A stretch of 62,099 bases of DNA from Octopus bimaculoides (Eukaryota), in contig NC_068984.1 in NCBI RefSeq assembly GCF_001194135.2, forward strand, positions 68,786,193 to 68,848,291. The letters run 5' to 3'. The notes under the pieces are model-generated. The model did no database searches. It worked only from the letters and a program-made list of their open reading frames with translations, and was not told the origin of the DNA. Of the stretch, positions 1 to 11,418 are shown piece by piece; positions within the stretch are counted from its first letter, which is position 1, and each line of letters opens with the position of its first letter. The position numbers were made by a program, and so were the translations under genes.

Positions 1-103
1 TCTACCACCTTGCCTCCTCTCCTCCTCCTCATCTACCACCTTGCCTCCTCTCCTCCTCCTCATCTACCACCTTGCCTCCTCTCCTCTTCCTCATCTACCA
101 CCT
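1..103. repeat. 31-bp CT-rich minisatellite, about 3.3 copies (cut by the window start)
   Basis: TCTACCACCTTGCCTCCTCTCCTCCTCCTCA at 1-31, 32-62 and 63-93 (one substitution), plus a partial copy at 94-103. Confidence 0.95.
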
Positions 104-1393
104 GTTTTTTGTTCTCCTTTGGTGTACATTGCTAGTGGAGCAGCCATGCTTACACTGTAAAGCCAGAAAGAAATGCAGCATGATCAGGATCAAACTTCGA
201 TCACATGACCACAACAGTACCAACTATAAATACGCATGTGCAGAAGGCAGTGTGACAATAATAACGATACGTTATGGTAAAAGTGTTGATAAATTTTAAC
301 TTCCCCTTGTATATACATACATACACACACAGGCACAGACAGACAGATAGACACACACACACACATGCATAAATATAATGTATTGATATGTATTGTATAT
401 ACAATAGCTTGAATAGTACACAGTATGATTCTTCCACCAGGTAGTATAAATATAATTTGGTTGTATTAATTCTTAAAAGGTTCGTAATTATATATGAATT
501 ACATATTGCTCTTTCCTTTCCATTTATACCTTTATATACAGTCTCAAAGCATCCTTTGAGGATAACAGCTAAGGAATATGTGCTTTATCAGCTTTATGTG
601 CTTTAACATATTCATGTTAAACATACTTATTGGCTATCATTGTGCTTTTCATAATAGATAAAATATCGTTTTTTTGTCATAAACTGAATTCATATCAGAG
701 ATGTTGAATCATCTAGCCATTTCATAACTTAAATGCTGTTGAATTTGCAATGTTTATTTCCTTTTTCCTTGCCTGTTGCATTATGTAGTAGACAATGTGA
801 ATTTGTTACAAGAGCAAAATATATATGTATTTTCTTTCTTTGCAGTGTTATTCATATAATCATTCAATTTAAATTGTATTTGGTGGTTTTGTTCATTGAT
901 ATGAAACTTAGATATATTTATTGAAATGCTTGCAAAAACAACAACAGCAGCATAAGCAACAGCAACAACAGCAAAAACTTCTTAAAGTATCAATATATCC
1001 ATAAATATGAATTAATAAATTTTCTTGGATGATGTGAAGAATAAATTGTCAGAATGCATTAACATTGTTAGGATATTTTTTTTTACTATTGAAGGTTAAT
1101 CTATTAAAGATCTCATTTGTGTTATTAAGAACTATATATCATTGATTTGGAAATAATTTGCCAAGGGTCTGATGTTTTGTCAAATGTGGAACAATAACTT
1201 TCTGATTCTTTAGAGAGGTTTTTTGGCAATAAAAATAAAACTTAGAAAAATCATCTAAGTTTAATAGATATAAACAACTTTTAATAAATTGTTTTACGAA
1301 GTTTGAATTAAACAACATAAAAATCAAAGCTTTTTGTTGGAAGCTTACAATAAGAATGTTATCTGATGTCAAGTGTATAATGTTGTATAACAA

Positions 1394-1401
1394 CTCTTTC
1401 T

Positions 1402-1444
<43 letters not shown>

Positions 1445-1496
1445 TTCTTTCTCTCTCTCTCTTTCTTTCTCTCTCTCTTTCTTTGTCTCTCTCTCT

Positions 1497-1528
<32 letters not shown>
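1394..1528. repeat. (CT)n/(CTTT)n microsatellite
   Basis: Seen directly. Confidence 0.95.
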
Positions 1529-1900
1529 GGGTTATTGTGATTTAAGATGGAAAGTTTGGATGTGAAGAAGAAATGAGGCTGAATTACTCAAGTGAGAATC
1601 AAACCTGTGTCACTGATGTATATTACCAGAAGTTTACTACCATACTACAGTGCACACACAGTCATGTTTATATTGTAGAAGAAAAGCTGCATTTATTCAA
1701 AATGATTAAACTTCCATTCACTCACTTAAGTCCACATATTTCTTTCAATACTTCTTAATTTATTATTAGTTGGTCATAAGCTCCAAGTGATAGATATTGT
1801 TACCATGGACATAGACAAACTGGAACCATCAGAAATATAAGTCTATTATCTAAGATCTTCCATTGTTAAGACTCATTCAATTGTATGTTATTAATTTTAG

Positions 1901-2120
1901 CAAAACGGCAACGAGCTGGCAGAATTGTTAGCACACTTAGTAAAATGCTTATCTGCATTTCATCTGTCCTTAGGCTCTGATTTCATATTCTGCCAAGGTA
2001 GACTTTGCCTTTAATCCTTTTGGGGTCAATAAAATAAGTACAAGTTGAGCACTGGTATCAATCTAAATGGCTAACCCATTCCCTTGAACGTACTGGCCTT
2101 GTGCCAAAATTTGAAACCAA
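1901..2120 (+). mobile_element. tRNA-derived SINE, window family A, full length with 12-bp TSD
   Basis: Head GAGCTGGCAGAATTGTTAGC (A-box-like), body GACTTTGCCTTT...GGGGTCAATAAAATAAGTAC, tail GGCCTTGTGCCAAAATTTGAAACC, shared with at least 8 other copies in the window. TATTAATTTTAG lies at 1889-1900 and 2121-2132. Confidence 0.9.
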
Positions 2121-2132
2121 TATTAATTTTAG

Positions 2133-2185
2133 TACAAAAGCAGTGAGCTGGAAGAATCATTAAAATGCTAGACAAAACACATATT
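2133..2185 (+). mobile_element. SINE family A 5' head fragment
   Basis: GCAGTGAGCTGGAAGAATCATTAAAATGCTAGACAAAA matches the family A head and starts directly after the TSD of the upstream copy. Confidence 0.65.
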
Positions 2186-2299
2186 AACCCTTCACTCCTA
2201 AAATCCACCCCGCCCCACCAATACTTGTGACCCTTTCAAACACTGGCTGATACCTTACTTGACAATAGCATACAAAGCCATGCATCCATAACCTGCAAA

Positions 2300-2684
2300 A
2301 ACAAAATGGAGAGTAATAACGTTATCATAACAGAAGAAGGAAGGCAAAACTTAGAATGAAGTGGCTTGATTATCAAAACGTATTTGGTAGTAAACTAAAC
2401 TGCTGAATTAAAGAAACTAATTTTCTAAATTCAGCAATCACTATCCTAACAGAATTCATCAGTCATGTCATCAAAATGGACAAGAAGATTGCAGTAAGGT
2501 AAATAGTTAATTAAAGGAAGCTCTATAGCTATATGAAGTGGAATATTGCAAAAAAAGACTCATTCTCTTGTCAATACTTTTTCTTGACTTTGACTACACT
2601 AAAAAATATATTGAAAACCCACCAATGATTACAGAGGCTATGAATAAACTATAAACAATCATTTCTATGTGGATGATCTTAACC
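2300..2684 (+). pseudogene. Decayed non-LTR reverse transcriptase, R4/Dong-like
   Basis: By-eye translation gives QNLRMKWLDYQNVFGS (like NLxMAWIDYxKAFDSV), a frameshifted GIL-KKDSFSCQYFFLTLTTL (like GIFQGDSLSPLLFCLALNPL) and INNHFYVDDL (RT catalytic YxDD). Confidence 0.65.
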
Positions 2685-2685
2685 A

Positions 2686-2763
2686 TGATGATGATGATGA
2701 TGATGATGACGACGACGACGACGATGATGATGGTGGTGGTGGTGGTGGTGGTGGTAACGGTGG

Positions 2764-2811
<48 letters not shown>

Positions 2812-2820
2812 GGAGGAGGC
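2686..2820. repeat. Compound triplet microsatellite (GAT)/(GAC)/(GGT)/(GAT)/(GAG)
   Basis: Seen directly. Confidence 0.95.
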
Positions 2821-3438
2821 TGTTGCTGATTGAATTTAATTCATATCTGGATAGTGTTCATTAGAATCTAGATTAAAAATATGTAAAGAAAAATATAAAT
2901 CTGATTCATTTTGAAACCTTTACAAAATGCATTGTCTGTATGTCTGTGTTTGATGCCACTTCTACACATCATTTATTCGCTCTCCCTCTCTTTGACTAAT
3001 TAGCAATTGTCAGTTAATTAAATTTACGAATGTAACGATAAAAGAATGCGGCACAAATTATTATATGTGATGTTAGTGTACATCGTGAAAAGAAAACATA
3101 GGATATTGGGTGAAACCCTTCATTGAAGAGTTAATTTACCATTCCATTTAATGACTCCAAATTTTGCAAGACAATAAGTGATCCACTACATCGTCATGTG
3201 ATCAGCTAGAAATAACTCTAATTAGTATGGATGAAAGTGTACCACACTAAGAGTAAAAACAACAAAATATCCCACAATGCATTTAGTCTATCAGTATTGA
3301 TACTAACAATGTGGAGACTTAATTGGTCTAGAGAGGAAATCCGTTCTACAAATATTAAAATTTTCCTCAGATAACACTTTGTTGTTTATGAAAGGAAAGA
3401 AACAGGAAAACATCAATCAAACTAGCCCTAGGGTTATA

Positions 3439-3507
<69 letters not shown>

Positions 3508-4325
3508 ATATAGGGTAAAATTAATAATTAATAATTTTACCAAGTNNNNNNNNNNNNNNNNNNNNNNNNNNNNNNNNNNNNNNNNNNNNNNNNNNNNNNN
3601 NNNNNNNNNNNNNNNNNNNNNNNNNNNNNNNNNNNNNNNNNNNNNNNNNNNNNNNNNNNNNNNNNNNNNNNNNNNNNNNNNNNNNNNNNNNNNNNNNNNN
3701 NNNNNNNNNNNNNNNNNNNNNNNNNNNNNNNNNNNNNNNNNNNNNNNNNNNNNNNNNNNNNNNNNNNNNNNNNNNNNNNNNNNNNNNNNNNNNNNNNNNN
3801 NNNNNNNNNNNNNNNNNNNNNNNNNNNNNNNNNNNNNNNNNNNNNNNNNNNNNNNNNNNNNNNNNNNNNNNNNNNNNNNNNNNNNNNNNNNNNNNNNNNN
3901 NNNNNNNNNNNNNNNNNNNNNNNNNNNNNNNNNNNNNNNNNNNNNNNNNNNNNNNNNNNNNNNNNNNNNNNNNNNNNNNNNNNNNNNNNNNNNNNNNNNN
4001 NNNNNNNNNNNNNNNNNNNNNNNNNNNNNNNNNNNNNNNNNNNNNNNNNNNNNNNNNNNNNNNNNNNNNNNNNNNNNNNNNNNNNNNNNNNNNNNNNNNN
4101 NNNNNNNNNNNNNNNNNNNNNNNNNNNNNNNNNNNNNNNNNNNNNNNNNNNNNNNNNNNNNNNNNNNNNNNNNNNNNNNNNNNNNNNNNNNNNNNNNNNN
4201 NNNNNNNNNTATATATATATATATATATATATATATACTGTTGTGTCTGAGGAAAGTCATTCTCTTTTGGTGCATTATAATTTAATACACTCACCAGTGA
4301 AATTTCCACTTATTTCTTATTTATT

Positions 4326-4368
4326 TTTCTAAAATTTTCGTTGCGTCTTGCAACCTTTTCAATAGTTT
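4326..4368 (-). ncRNA. Minimal type-I hammerhead-ribozyme-like motif with U3-A8 core, in a putative PLE pseudo-LTR segment (4238-4372)
   Basis: Minus strand reads CTA-TTGAAAA-G-GTTGC-AAGAC-GCAAC-GAAA-AT-TT-TAG: 5-bp stem II, GAAA, palindromic AATT as stem III, and 3-bp stem I (CTA/TAG). The module ends about 90 nt downstream in (TA)n. Confidence 0.5.
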
Positions 4369-4446
4369 TGACTCTGTCTGTTACGCACATAGCGTTCCTT
4401 TATGTTTGCGTGTGCGCATGTTTGTGGGTCAGTGTGTGTGCCTATA

Positions 4447-4482
4447 CATGTATGTATGTATGTATGATTGTATGTATGTATG

Positions 4483-4516
<34 letters not shown>

Positions 4517-4525
4517 TGTATGTAT
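4447..4525. repeat. (TGTA)n microsatellite
   Basis: Seen directly. Confidence 0.95.
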
Positions 4526-4624
4526 ACACTCCAGTGCTCTGTGGTGTTCTTTTTCACTGCTGATGTGATGGTGGTGTTAATCTGTGAGAATGAAGTGGAT
4601 TTCAGGTAATCTGTGAGTATGAAG

Positions 4625-5075
4625 TGGAGTTACGTAAGATCAGCATGAGGGAACTAGGCTTCCTCCACAAACTATTCTACAACACTGACTATTTAGATGA
4701 CCATGTTCTCAGTAGATTCTACCCCACCAGGTCACAGAGGGGAAGACCACCTACCATCACTTCAGCAGTTAAACAAAAGCACCACAGAGCGCTGGAGTAG
4801 CTGGACCGCACTCGCCCAAAACCCTGAGAACATCAATCAGGTGAAAGAAATGATTGCACATGCAATAAGGGCCAGCGTAAAAACCACCTTGAAGAACCAC
4901 ATAGTTAAGTTTAACAAAATAATATACATGCAGGTTAAAGATGCAGCCATCGGTGTCGGTGTAGCTGGAAATGTGGCTGGCCTCTTCATGACCTGGTGGG
5001 ACGGAAAACTAAAACAAATGTTAGCAGAACAGTCCATAACTCTGCTACTCTACAGTTGTTGACATTAATATCATT
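4625..5075 (+). pseudogene. Penelope-like element RT fragment (motif B' to YxDD), frameshifted
   Basis: One frame gives PTRSQRGRPPTITS. The track ORF 4697-5062 gives VKTTLKNHIVKFNKIIYMQVKDAAIGVGVAGNVAGLFMTWWDGKL (QxxGxAIG...FMxWWD). A frameshifted Y-V-V-D-I-N-I-I (like YVDDIN) follows at about 5050-5075. Confidence 0.75.
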
Positions 5076-5443
5076 TTCATCGAAAATTTTCATCGAAAAA
5101 TTTGCATTAAAAATTTCACCAAGTATTTTCATCAAACATTTTCATCAAAAATTTTCATCAAAAGTTTTCATCAAAATTTACCTCAAAAATTTTGATCGAA
5201 ATTTTGATCGAAAATTTTGATCGAAAATTTTTATCAAAATTTTAATCAAAAATTTCATCAAAAATTTTCATCAAACATTTTCTACAAAATTTACCTCAAA
5301 AATTTTGATCGAAAATTTTGATCGAATATTTTGATCGAAATTTTGATCGAAAATTTTGATCAAAATTTTGATCAAAAATTTCATCAAAAATTTTCATCAA
5401 AAATTTTCATCAAAAATTTTCATCAAAATTTTCATCGAAAATT
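5075..5443. repeat. 12-14-bp AT-rich satellite (CATC/GATC + AAAATTTT), running into a gap
   Basis: Units TCATCAAAAATTT(T) and TGATCGAAAATTT(T). The marker AAAATTTACCTCAAAAATTTTGATCGA recurs about 115 bp apart. Confidence 0.95.
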
Positions 5444-6137
5444 NNNNNNNNNNNNNNNNNNNNNNNNNNNNNNNNNNNNNNNNNNNNNNNNNNNNNNNNN
5501 NNNNNNNNNNNNNNNNNNNNNNNNNNNNNNNNNNNNNNNNNNNNNNNNNNNNNNNNNNNNNNNNNNNNNNNNNNNNNNNNNNNNNNNNNNNNNNNNNNNN
5601 NNNNNNNNNNNNNNNNNNNNNNNNNNNNNNNNNNNNNNNNNNNNNNNNNNNNNNNNNNNNNNNNNNNNNNNNNNNNNNNNNNNNNNNNNNNNNNNNNNNN
5701 NNNNNNNNNNNNNNNNNNNNNNNNNNNNNNNNNNNNNNNNNNNNNNNNNNNNNNNNNNNNNNNNNNNNNNNNNNNNNNNNNNNNNNNNNNNNNNNNNNNN
5801 NNNNNNNNNNNNNNNNNNNNNNNNNNNNNNNNNNNNNNNNNNNNNNNNNNNNNNNNNNNNNNNNNNNNNNNNNNNNNNNNNNNNNNNNNNNNNNNNNNNN
5901 NNNNNNNNNNNNNNNNNNNNNNNNNNNNNNNNNNNNNNNNNNNNNNNNNNNNNNNNNNNNNNNNNNNNNNNNNNNNNNNNNNNNNNNNNNNNNNNNNNNN
6001 NNNNNNNNNNNNNNNNNNNNNNNNNNNNNNNNNNNNNNNNNNNNNNNNNNNNNNNNNNNNNNNNNNNNNNNNNNNNNNNNNNNNNNNNNNNNNNNNNNNN
6101 NNNNNNNNNNNNNNNNNNNNNNNNNNNNNNNNNNNNN

Positions 6138-6177
<40 letters not shown>

Positions 6178-6753
6178 TGTGTGTGTGTGTGTGTGAAACT
6201 AAGGAAGAGAGCTAGAAAACAATTGTTGCCGGATAATTCTTGCAACTGACGAAGTTCAAAGAGGCAGAACTGCGTATTTAGCGATGCCACTCCGCTGTTG
6301 GACGACTTTCGTGTGCTCATGATTTAGTTTTGTGTTGCTTAACACTACACCTCGACAAGTGATACCATCTCAGGACAAACATTTCGTCTGTATGAGATGT
6401 GGGCTCGATTTCCATGGACAGTCTACAGTCTACGACATATTTTTTATCCTAAAGAGATTTCAAACCCAAATTTACATGCTACTATTTATAGGCTTAAATG
6501 TGCTTCAATATCCAGTTCCATTTAAAATGTTCTCTTGAAGGGTTATACATTTTTATGGCGTCAACAATATATATGTGTGTGTGTGTGTATGTGTATGTGT
6601 GTGTGTGTGTGATATGTAAGTATGTATGCATGTATATGCATCTGCACACACACCACACACACCACACATAGACAGACAGACACACACACATACACTCACA
6701 CACGCACACACACACACATGCACTCACACACGCACACACACACATGCACTCAC

Positions 6754-6790
<37 letters not shown>

Positions 6791-6794
<4 letters not shown>

Positions 6795-7663
6795 TGGTGC
6801 AGTGAATATATGGTCATCTGAATTATGCAAATATGAAAATAACACTGACATCTCATTTTAACAGAATATACTAAAAATATTTTGAAATACTAAAGAGTAA
6901 ATTTATTCAATGAAATAGCCATTGGCATCAACCACGGCCTTCAGATGACTTCGGAATCTCCTGCAACTCTTCTAAACGGTCTTCTTGTTTAAGTTGATGA
7001 ATGTTGCCATAATCCTGCCGGCAGTTAATCTTCAGTGTTACAAGGAATTTTGTTGTTCTCTCACCCAACTGCGCCCCACACATAATAATCAAGGCGGTTG
7101 CAGTCTGGGGAGTTAGGTGGCCAGTTGTTAGGGGTGATGTGATCGCAGAAATTGTCTGACAGCCATGACTGGGTTCTCCTGCTTGTGTGGTTTGGTGCAG
7201 AGTCCTGTTGCTAGACACAATGTCTACCAAAAGCCACTCTCTTCACCCAGGGCTTCACTACCTCCCTCAGGCACTTGATGTAGACCTCCGTGTTATGTCT
7301 CAGGCCGTGTGAGAAGATGAATGGAGGCATAACGTCGCCATCACTAGTGATCACTTCAAACACAATGATGGTGTCTGGATGTTTGATTTTTATCACTCTT
7401 GATAAATGTTTTGGGGACACGGCATGCCAACGGTTGTTCTGTGTATTCGCCATCTGTTCGTATTAGAGCGTCCGGCGCGAATGCCAAGCAGTACAATATG
7501 TCGTCTCCAAATTTCTGGCAGAGTGAATTGCGTCAGGGTGCTGTTTTTCTCACATATGGTGCCCAACTGACCCTACGACACTTTGTAGTAGACTAAATCA
7601 AAAACAATGTGGATGGGCAAAATGAAAAATATAAAATGGCGACAATTTACTCACCGCACCCTG
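6791..7663 (-). mobile_element. Internally deleted DD37D (maT/mori-type Tc1-mariner) transposon, both ends present
   Basis: TIR CAGGGTGCGGTGAGTAAATTGTCGCC followed by TA at 7664-65. Minus strand gives QQDSAPNHTSRRTQSWLSDNFCDHITPNNWPPNSPDCNRLDYYVWG, with 37 residues between the catalytic aspartates. Contains stop codons. Confidence 0.92.
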
Positions 7664-7695
7664 TATATATACAAGGTGGGAGACACAGGGAATGA

Positions 7696-7761
<66 letters not shown>

Positions 7762-8113
7762 TGGGATATAGATAGATAGAGGGAGATAGAGAGAGAGAAA
7801 GAGAGATGAAATAAAATATGGAGTTAATTACTGTCAGATTTAATAACTCAATAAATAAGTCAAGAACTCTTTAGGTATGATATCTTTATGCTTTCTTGAG
7901 AGATTAGAACAGTATTAATATGACGTAGTTTCGTTTGTAGAAGAAAGTCATCGCAGGTAAAACCTTGAAACTGAAAGAGAAGAAGAAATGGCGTGCAATA
8001 ACCGTTACATATGTTTCAAGAATAGTTGCGTAATTGGTACACTACTCAAACATCTTGCCTCTAATATTTTAATAACATTCTATGGATTTAGTAAACGGCT
8101 CCTGCGCAAGGAC

Positions 8114-8115
<2 letters not shown>

Positions 8116-8202
<87 letters not shown>

Positions 8203-8203
8203 T

Positions 8204-8234
<31 letters not shown>

Positions 8235-8247
8235 TTGTCTGTCTGTT

Positions 8248-8308
<61 letters not shown>

Positions 8309-8453
8309 GTATCTCTCCTTGTCTCTGTCTGTCTGTCTGTCTGTCTGCCTCTCTCTCTCTCTCTCTCTCTCTNNNNNNNNNNNNNNNNNNNNNNNNNNNN
8401 NNNNNNNNNNNNNNNNNNNNNNNNNNNNNNNNNNNNNNNNNNNNNNNNNNNNN

Positions 8454-8514
<61 letters not shown>

Positions 8515-8554
8515 GTATCTCTCCTTGTCTCTGTCTGTCTGTCTGTCTGTCTGC

Positions 8555-8590
<36 letters not shown>
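8116..8590. repeat. Compound (TATC)n/(TGTC)n/(TC)n microsatellite spanning a gap
   Basis: Seen directly. Confidence 0.95.
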
Positions 8591-9265
8591 TTTGGCTGCA
8601 GTCCTACTGCGCAGCGCATTTACCAAGTGTCTTTTATTATAATCTCAAACCGATGAAAACCATACGAATGGATTTAGAGAATGGAAACTGAGTGATGTGC
8701 ACCGTATACATGTATAATGATGCATAATGTATGTGCAAGAGTGCATGAGTCTGTGGATGAGTATGTTTTTGTGTCCGTGTTTTGAATGCGCATGCTAGTT
8801 TTATACAAAAGTCACTCTCTTAAATTATGCTTTTATTATACTTGATAATATATTATGATTGCATAACGAAGTAAGTCTTCCTACCAGTAATTAATATGTA
8901 CGCTCCAGTTGCCAGGAATGTGTTTAATACGTAAAATGGATACATCCAATTGTGTTACACCGCTATATTTGGTAGACATTTAAGCAATGTGTTCTTGGAT
9001 GGTTAATGGCCTGGATGTGGTGCCACAAAAGTATCATGAAACTCCTTAAGTATGCATATGCACCCGTTATTTATTCTTCTATCTTCGATTTCATTGTTTA
9101 CATTCACGTATTCGTATACGAAACGTCGTAACTTTCAGTACTTGCTCAAGTTTCAAAACAAAATCTGCAGAGATAACTTAAAAAAGTGAATAAATAGGAC
9201 TGCCCCCACAGGTGGGACACAGTATTGCCTTCTAAGCCTTTAAAATACTTGGTAGTATATTATGA

Positions 9266-9593
9266 GTGAAGACGCGTGGCTTAGTGGTTAGGCTATTGAG
9301 CTCACGATCGCAAGGTTGTGAGTTTAATTCTTGGCGATGCGTTGTGTCCATGATCGGACACTTTATTTCACGTTGCTCCAGTCCACTCTGCTGGCAAAAA
9401 TGGGTAGTACTTGTATTTCAAAGTACCAGCTTTGTCACACTCTGTGTCACGCTGAATCCCCCTGAGAACTACATCAAAAGTATATCTGACAGTGGAGTGC
9501 TCAGCCACATGCACGTTAATTTCATGAGCAGGTTGTTTCGTTGAACGGTTCTACTGGAACCCTTGGAGTCGTAACTGACTAAGTGTCAGTGCC
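9266..9593 (+). mobile_element. tRNA-derived SINE, family C head, body type 1, with 12-bp TSD
   Basis: A-box TGGCTTAGTGG, B-box-like GTGAGTTTAATTC and CORE-like GTTGTGTCC...GACACTTTATTTCACGTTGCTCCAGTCCAC. AGTATATTATGA lies at 9254-9265 and 9594-9605. Confidence 0.88.
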
Positions 9594-9627
9594 AGTATAT
9601 TATGAAGACACACAGGCAGTATATTGT

Positions 9628-9890
9628 GAGAACGCATGACCTAGTGGTTAGGGTGTTGCACTCGTTGTAGCCAGATCGTGGTTTTAGTTCCTAGACCGGA
9701 TGGTACGTCGAGTTCTCAAACAGAACACTTCATCTCGCATTGACTCGTGATACACCGTGCACCTGTTCAGGCAACGTAAATTTGATGGAGAGAGTGAGCA
9801 CATACACTTAATCCCCATAAACAAATCATTTGTGCAGGTCGTTCGGCAAAACCTGAACACTTATACATCGTCCTCGACGGGAGAGTCTAT
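9628..9890 (+). mobile_element. tRNA-derived SINE, family C head, body type 2
   Basis: Head GAACGCATGACCTAGTGGTTAGGGTGTTGCACTC...GGTTTTAGTTCCTAGACCGG, then a body unlike the other C copies. Confidence 0.75.
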
Positions 9891-10021
9891 TATTTTAGTT
9901 TATTATGGTTGCATAACGCAAGACAGTGTCTACTAGCAATTAAAAATTACATACTATCTATCTGTCGATCTCTTTAATGACAGAAAAATATTTCATATAT
10001 ATATATGTGCGTGTATATAAT

Positions 10022-10236
10022 CCTTTCTATTATAGGCATAAGGCCGGATATTTTGAGGGAGGGGACCAGTCGATTACATCGATTCCAGTGCGTAACTAGT
10101 ACTTATTTAATCGACTCCGAAAGGATAAAAGGCAAACTCCACCTCGGCGGAATTTGAACTGAGAACGTAACGACGGGCGAAATACCGCTGAGCATTTCGT
10201 CCAGCGAGCTGACGAATCCTGCCATCTCGCCGCCTT
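10022..10236 (-). mobile_element. SINE family A, full length
   Basis: Reverse complement of the family A sequence (GTTCTCAGTTCAAATTCCGCCGAGG B-box region; CCTTATGCCTATAATAGAAAGGATT tail). Confidence 0.92.
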
Positions 10237-10859
10237 CGTGTGTGTATATATATAATACACGCCCATGAACACAAGCACATATTTATATATAAGTGAAGAA
10301 AAGAGAATCAAGAAAAGGAGGTATGTTAAAATATAGATTCATTTTTAACATTTTCACTACTCGAAGAGGAAATACATTTTACAAGTTCTTTTCGAGTCTC
10401 AATAATAAGTGTATGTTATTCAAGATATCTAATTTATATTTTATTTTTACTTTTACATATCAACAACAGTTGAAACATGATCTTATTCTCTTCGTTGCTT
10501 TTTTTTGGTTAATTTATTTTTTGTCCTCTAGTAATTTATTTTATAGTCATTACTCGTTAGACTCTATATTTTTTTAGCTATTTGTATTTGCATTTTGTAT
10601 TGGTTTATCATGATTTACTAATATAGAATATGCTTCTTGAGTTTCAAGTGCATCATTAACAGCTAATTGCACAATCTTAGCAGCAGTATGCACTCTTTCC
10701 TCAGCTGGTGTGCTGAAAGCCTTATCCAACACATATTTCTGTAAATGCATTATCACTTTCAGGTGTTTCTGAATACATTTATGACTGTGTACAAGATTCG
10801 ACTGTGTGTTTATGTGTGCTTTATGTCTGTATGTCTGTATGTCTGTATGCATATATATA

Positions 10860-11015
<156 letters not shown>

Positions 11016-11334
11016 CACCTACATAAATATCTCCATATCTATATACATATACACATATACACAGACTCATACATGCTTATATAAATAAATATATAAATAT
11101 AAAAACCTATTCATATAATTTCATGCAAACATACATATGTACATACAGGTTCACACCTCCACACACATTTATATGTATTTGCTATTATTAATGCAATTTT
11201 CATTTTTTCTCTTGGTTTCTCTTGGTTGATACTCTAAAACAGCTTGACCTACTGGATATAACATAGTTTCTCACTATCATAATATTTGTACTGCTTATTC
11301 AAGTGTTATCATCGTTATTTATGGAGTTGTTCTT

Positions 11335-11344
11335 GTTATTATTA

Positions 11345-11416
<72 letters not shown>
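11335..11416. repeat. (ATT)n microsatellite
   Basis: Seen directly. Confidence 0.95.

Positions 11417-11418
<2 letters not shown>

Noticed and set aside
5057-5062. TGA ending the PLE ORF read as a possible selenocysteine codon
   Set aside because: Better explained by a 1-nt frameshift just before the YVDD-like motif, and no SECIS was seen.
5075-5443. CRISPR-like periodicity (also 1-103 and the 16-bp triple repeat at 51979-52030)
   Set aside because: There are no unique spacers or cas genes and the context is eukaryotic; these are plain tandem repeats.
8270-8578. About 90-bp identical sequence on both sides of the 8373-8453 gap
   Set aside because: Most likely an unmerged contig overlap in low-complexity DNA rather than a real duplication.
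9100-9130. GTAT-TCGT-ATAC-GAAACGTC hammerhead half-motif (similar at about 7925-7950 minus and 17775 minus)
   Set aside because: No credible CUGANGA box or stem I.
9266-9345. tRNA-like sequences with A and B boxes (also 22384, 27640-27704, 58219)
   Set aside because: They continue into repeated SINE bodies, several have TSDs, and I could not fold complete cloverleafs. They are SINE heads, not tRNA genes.
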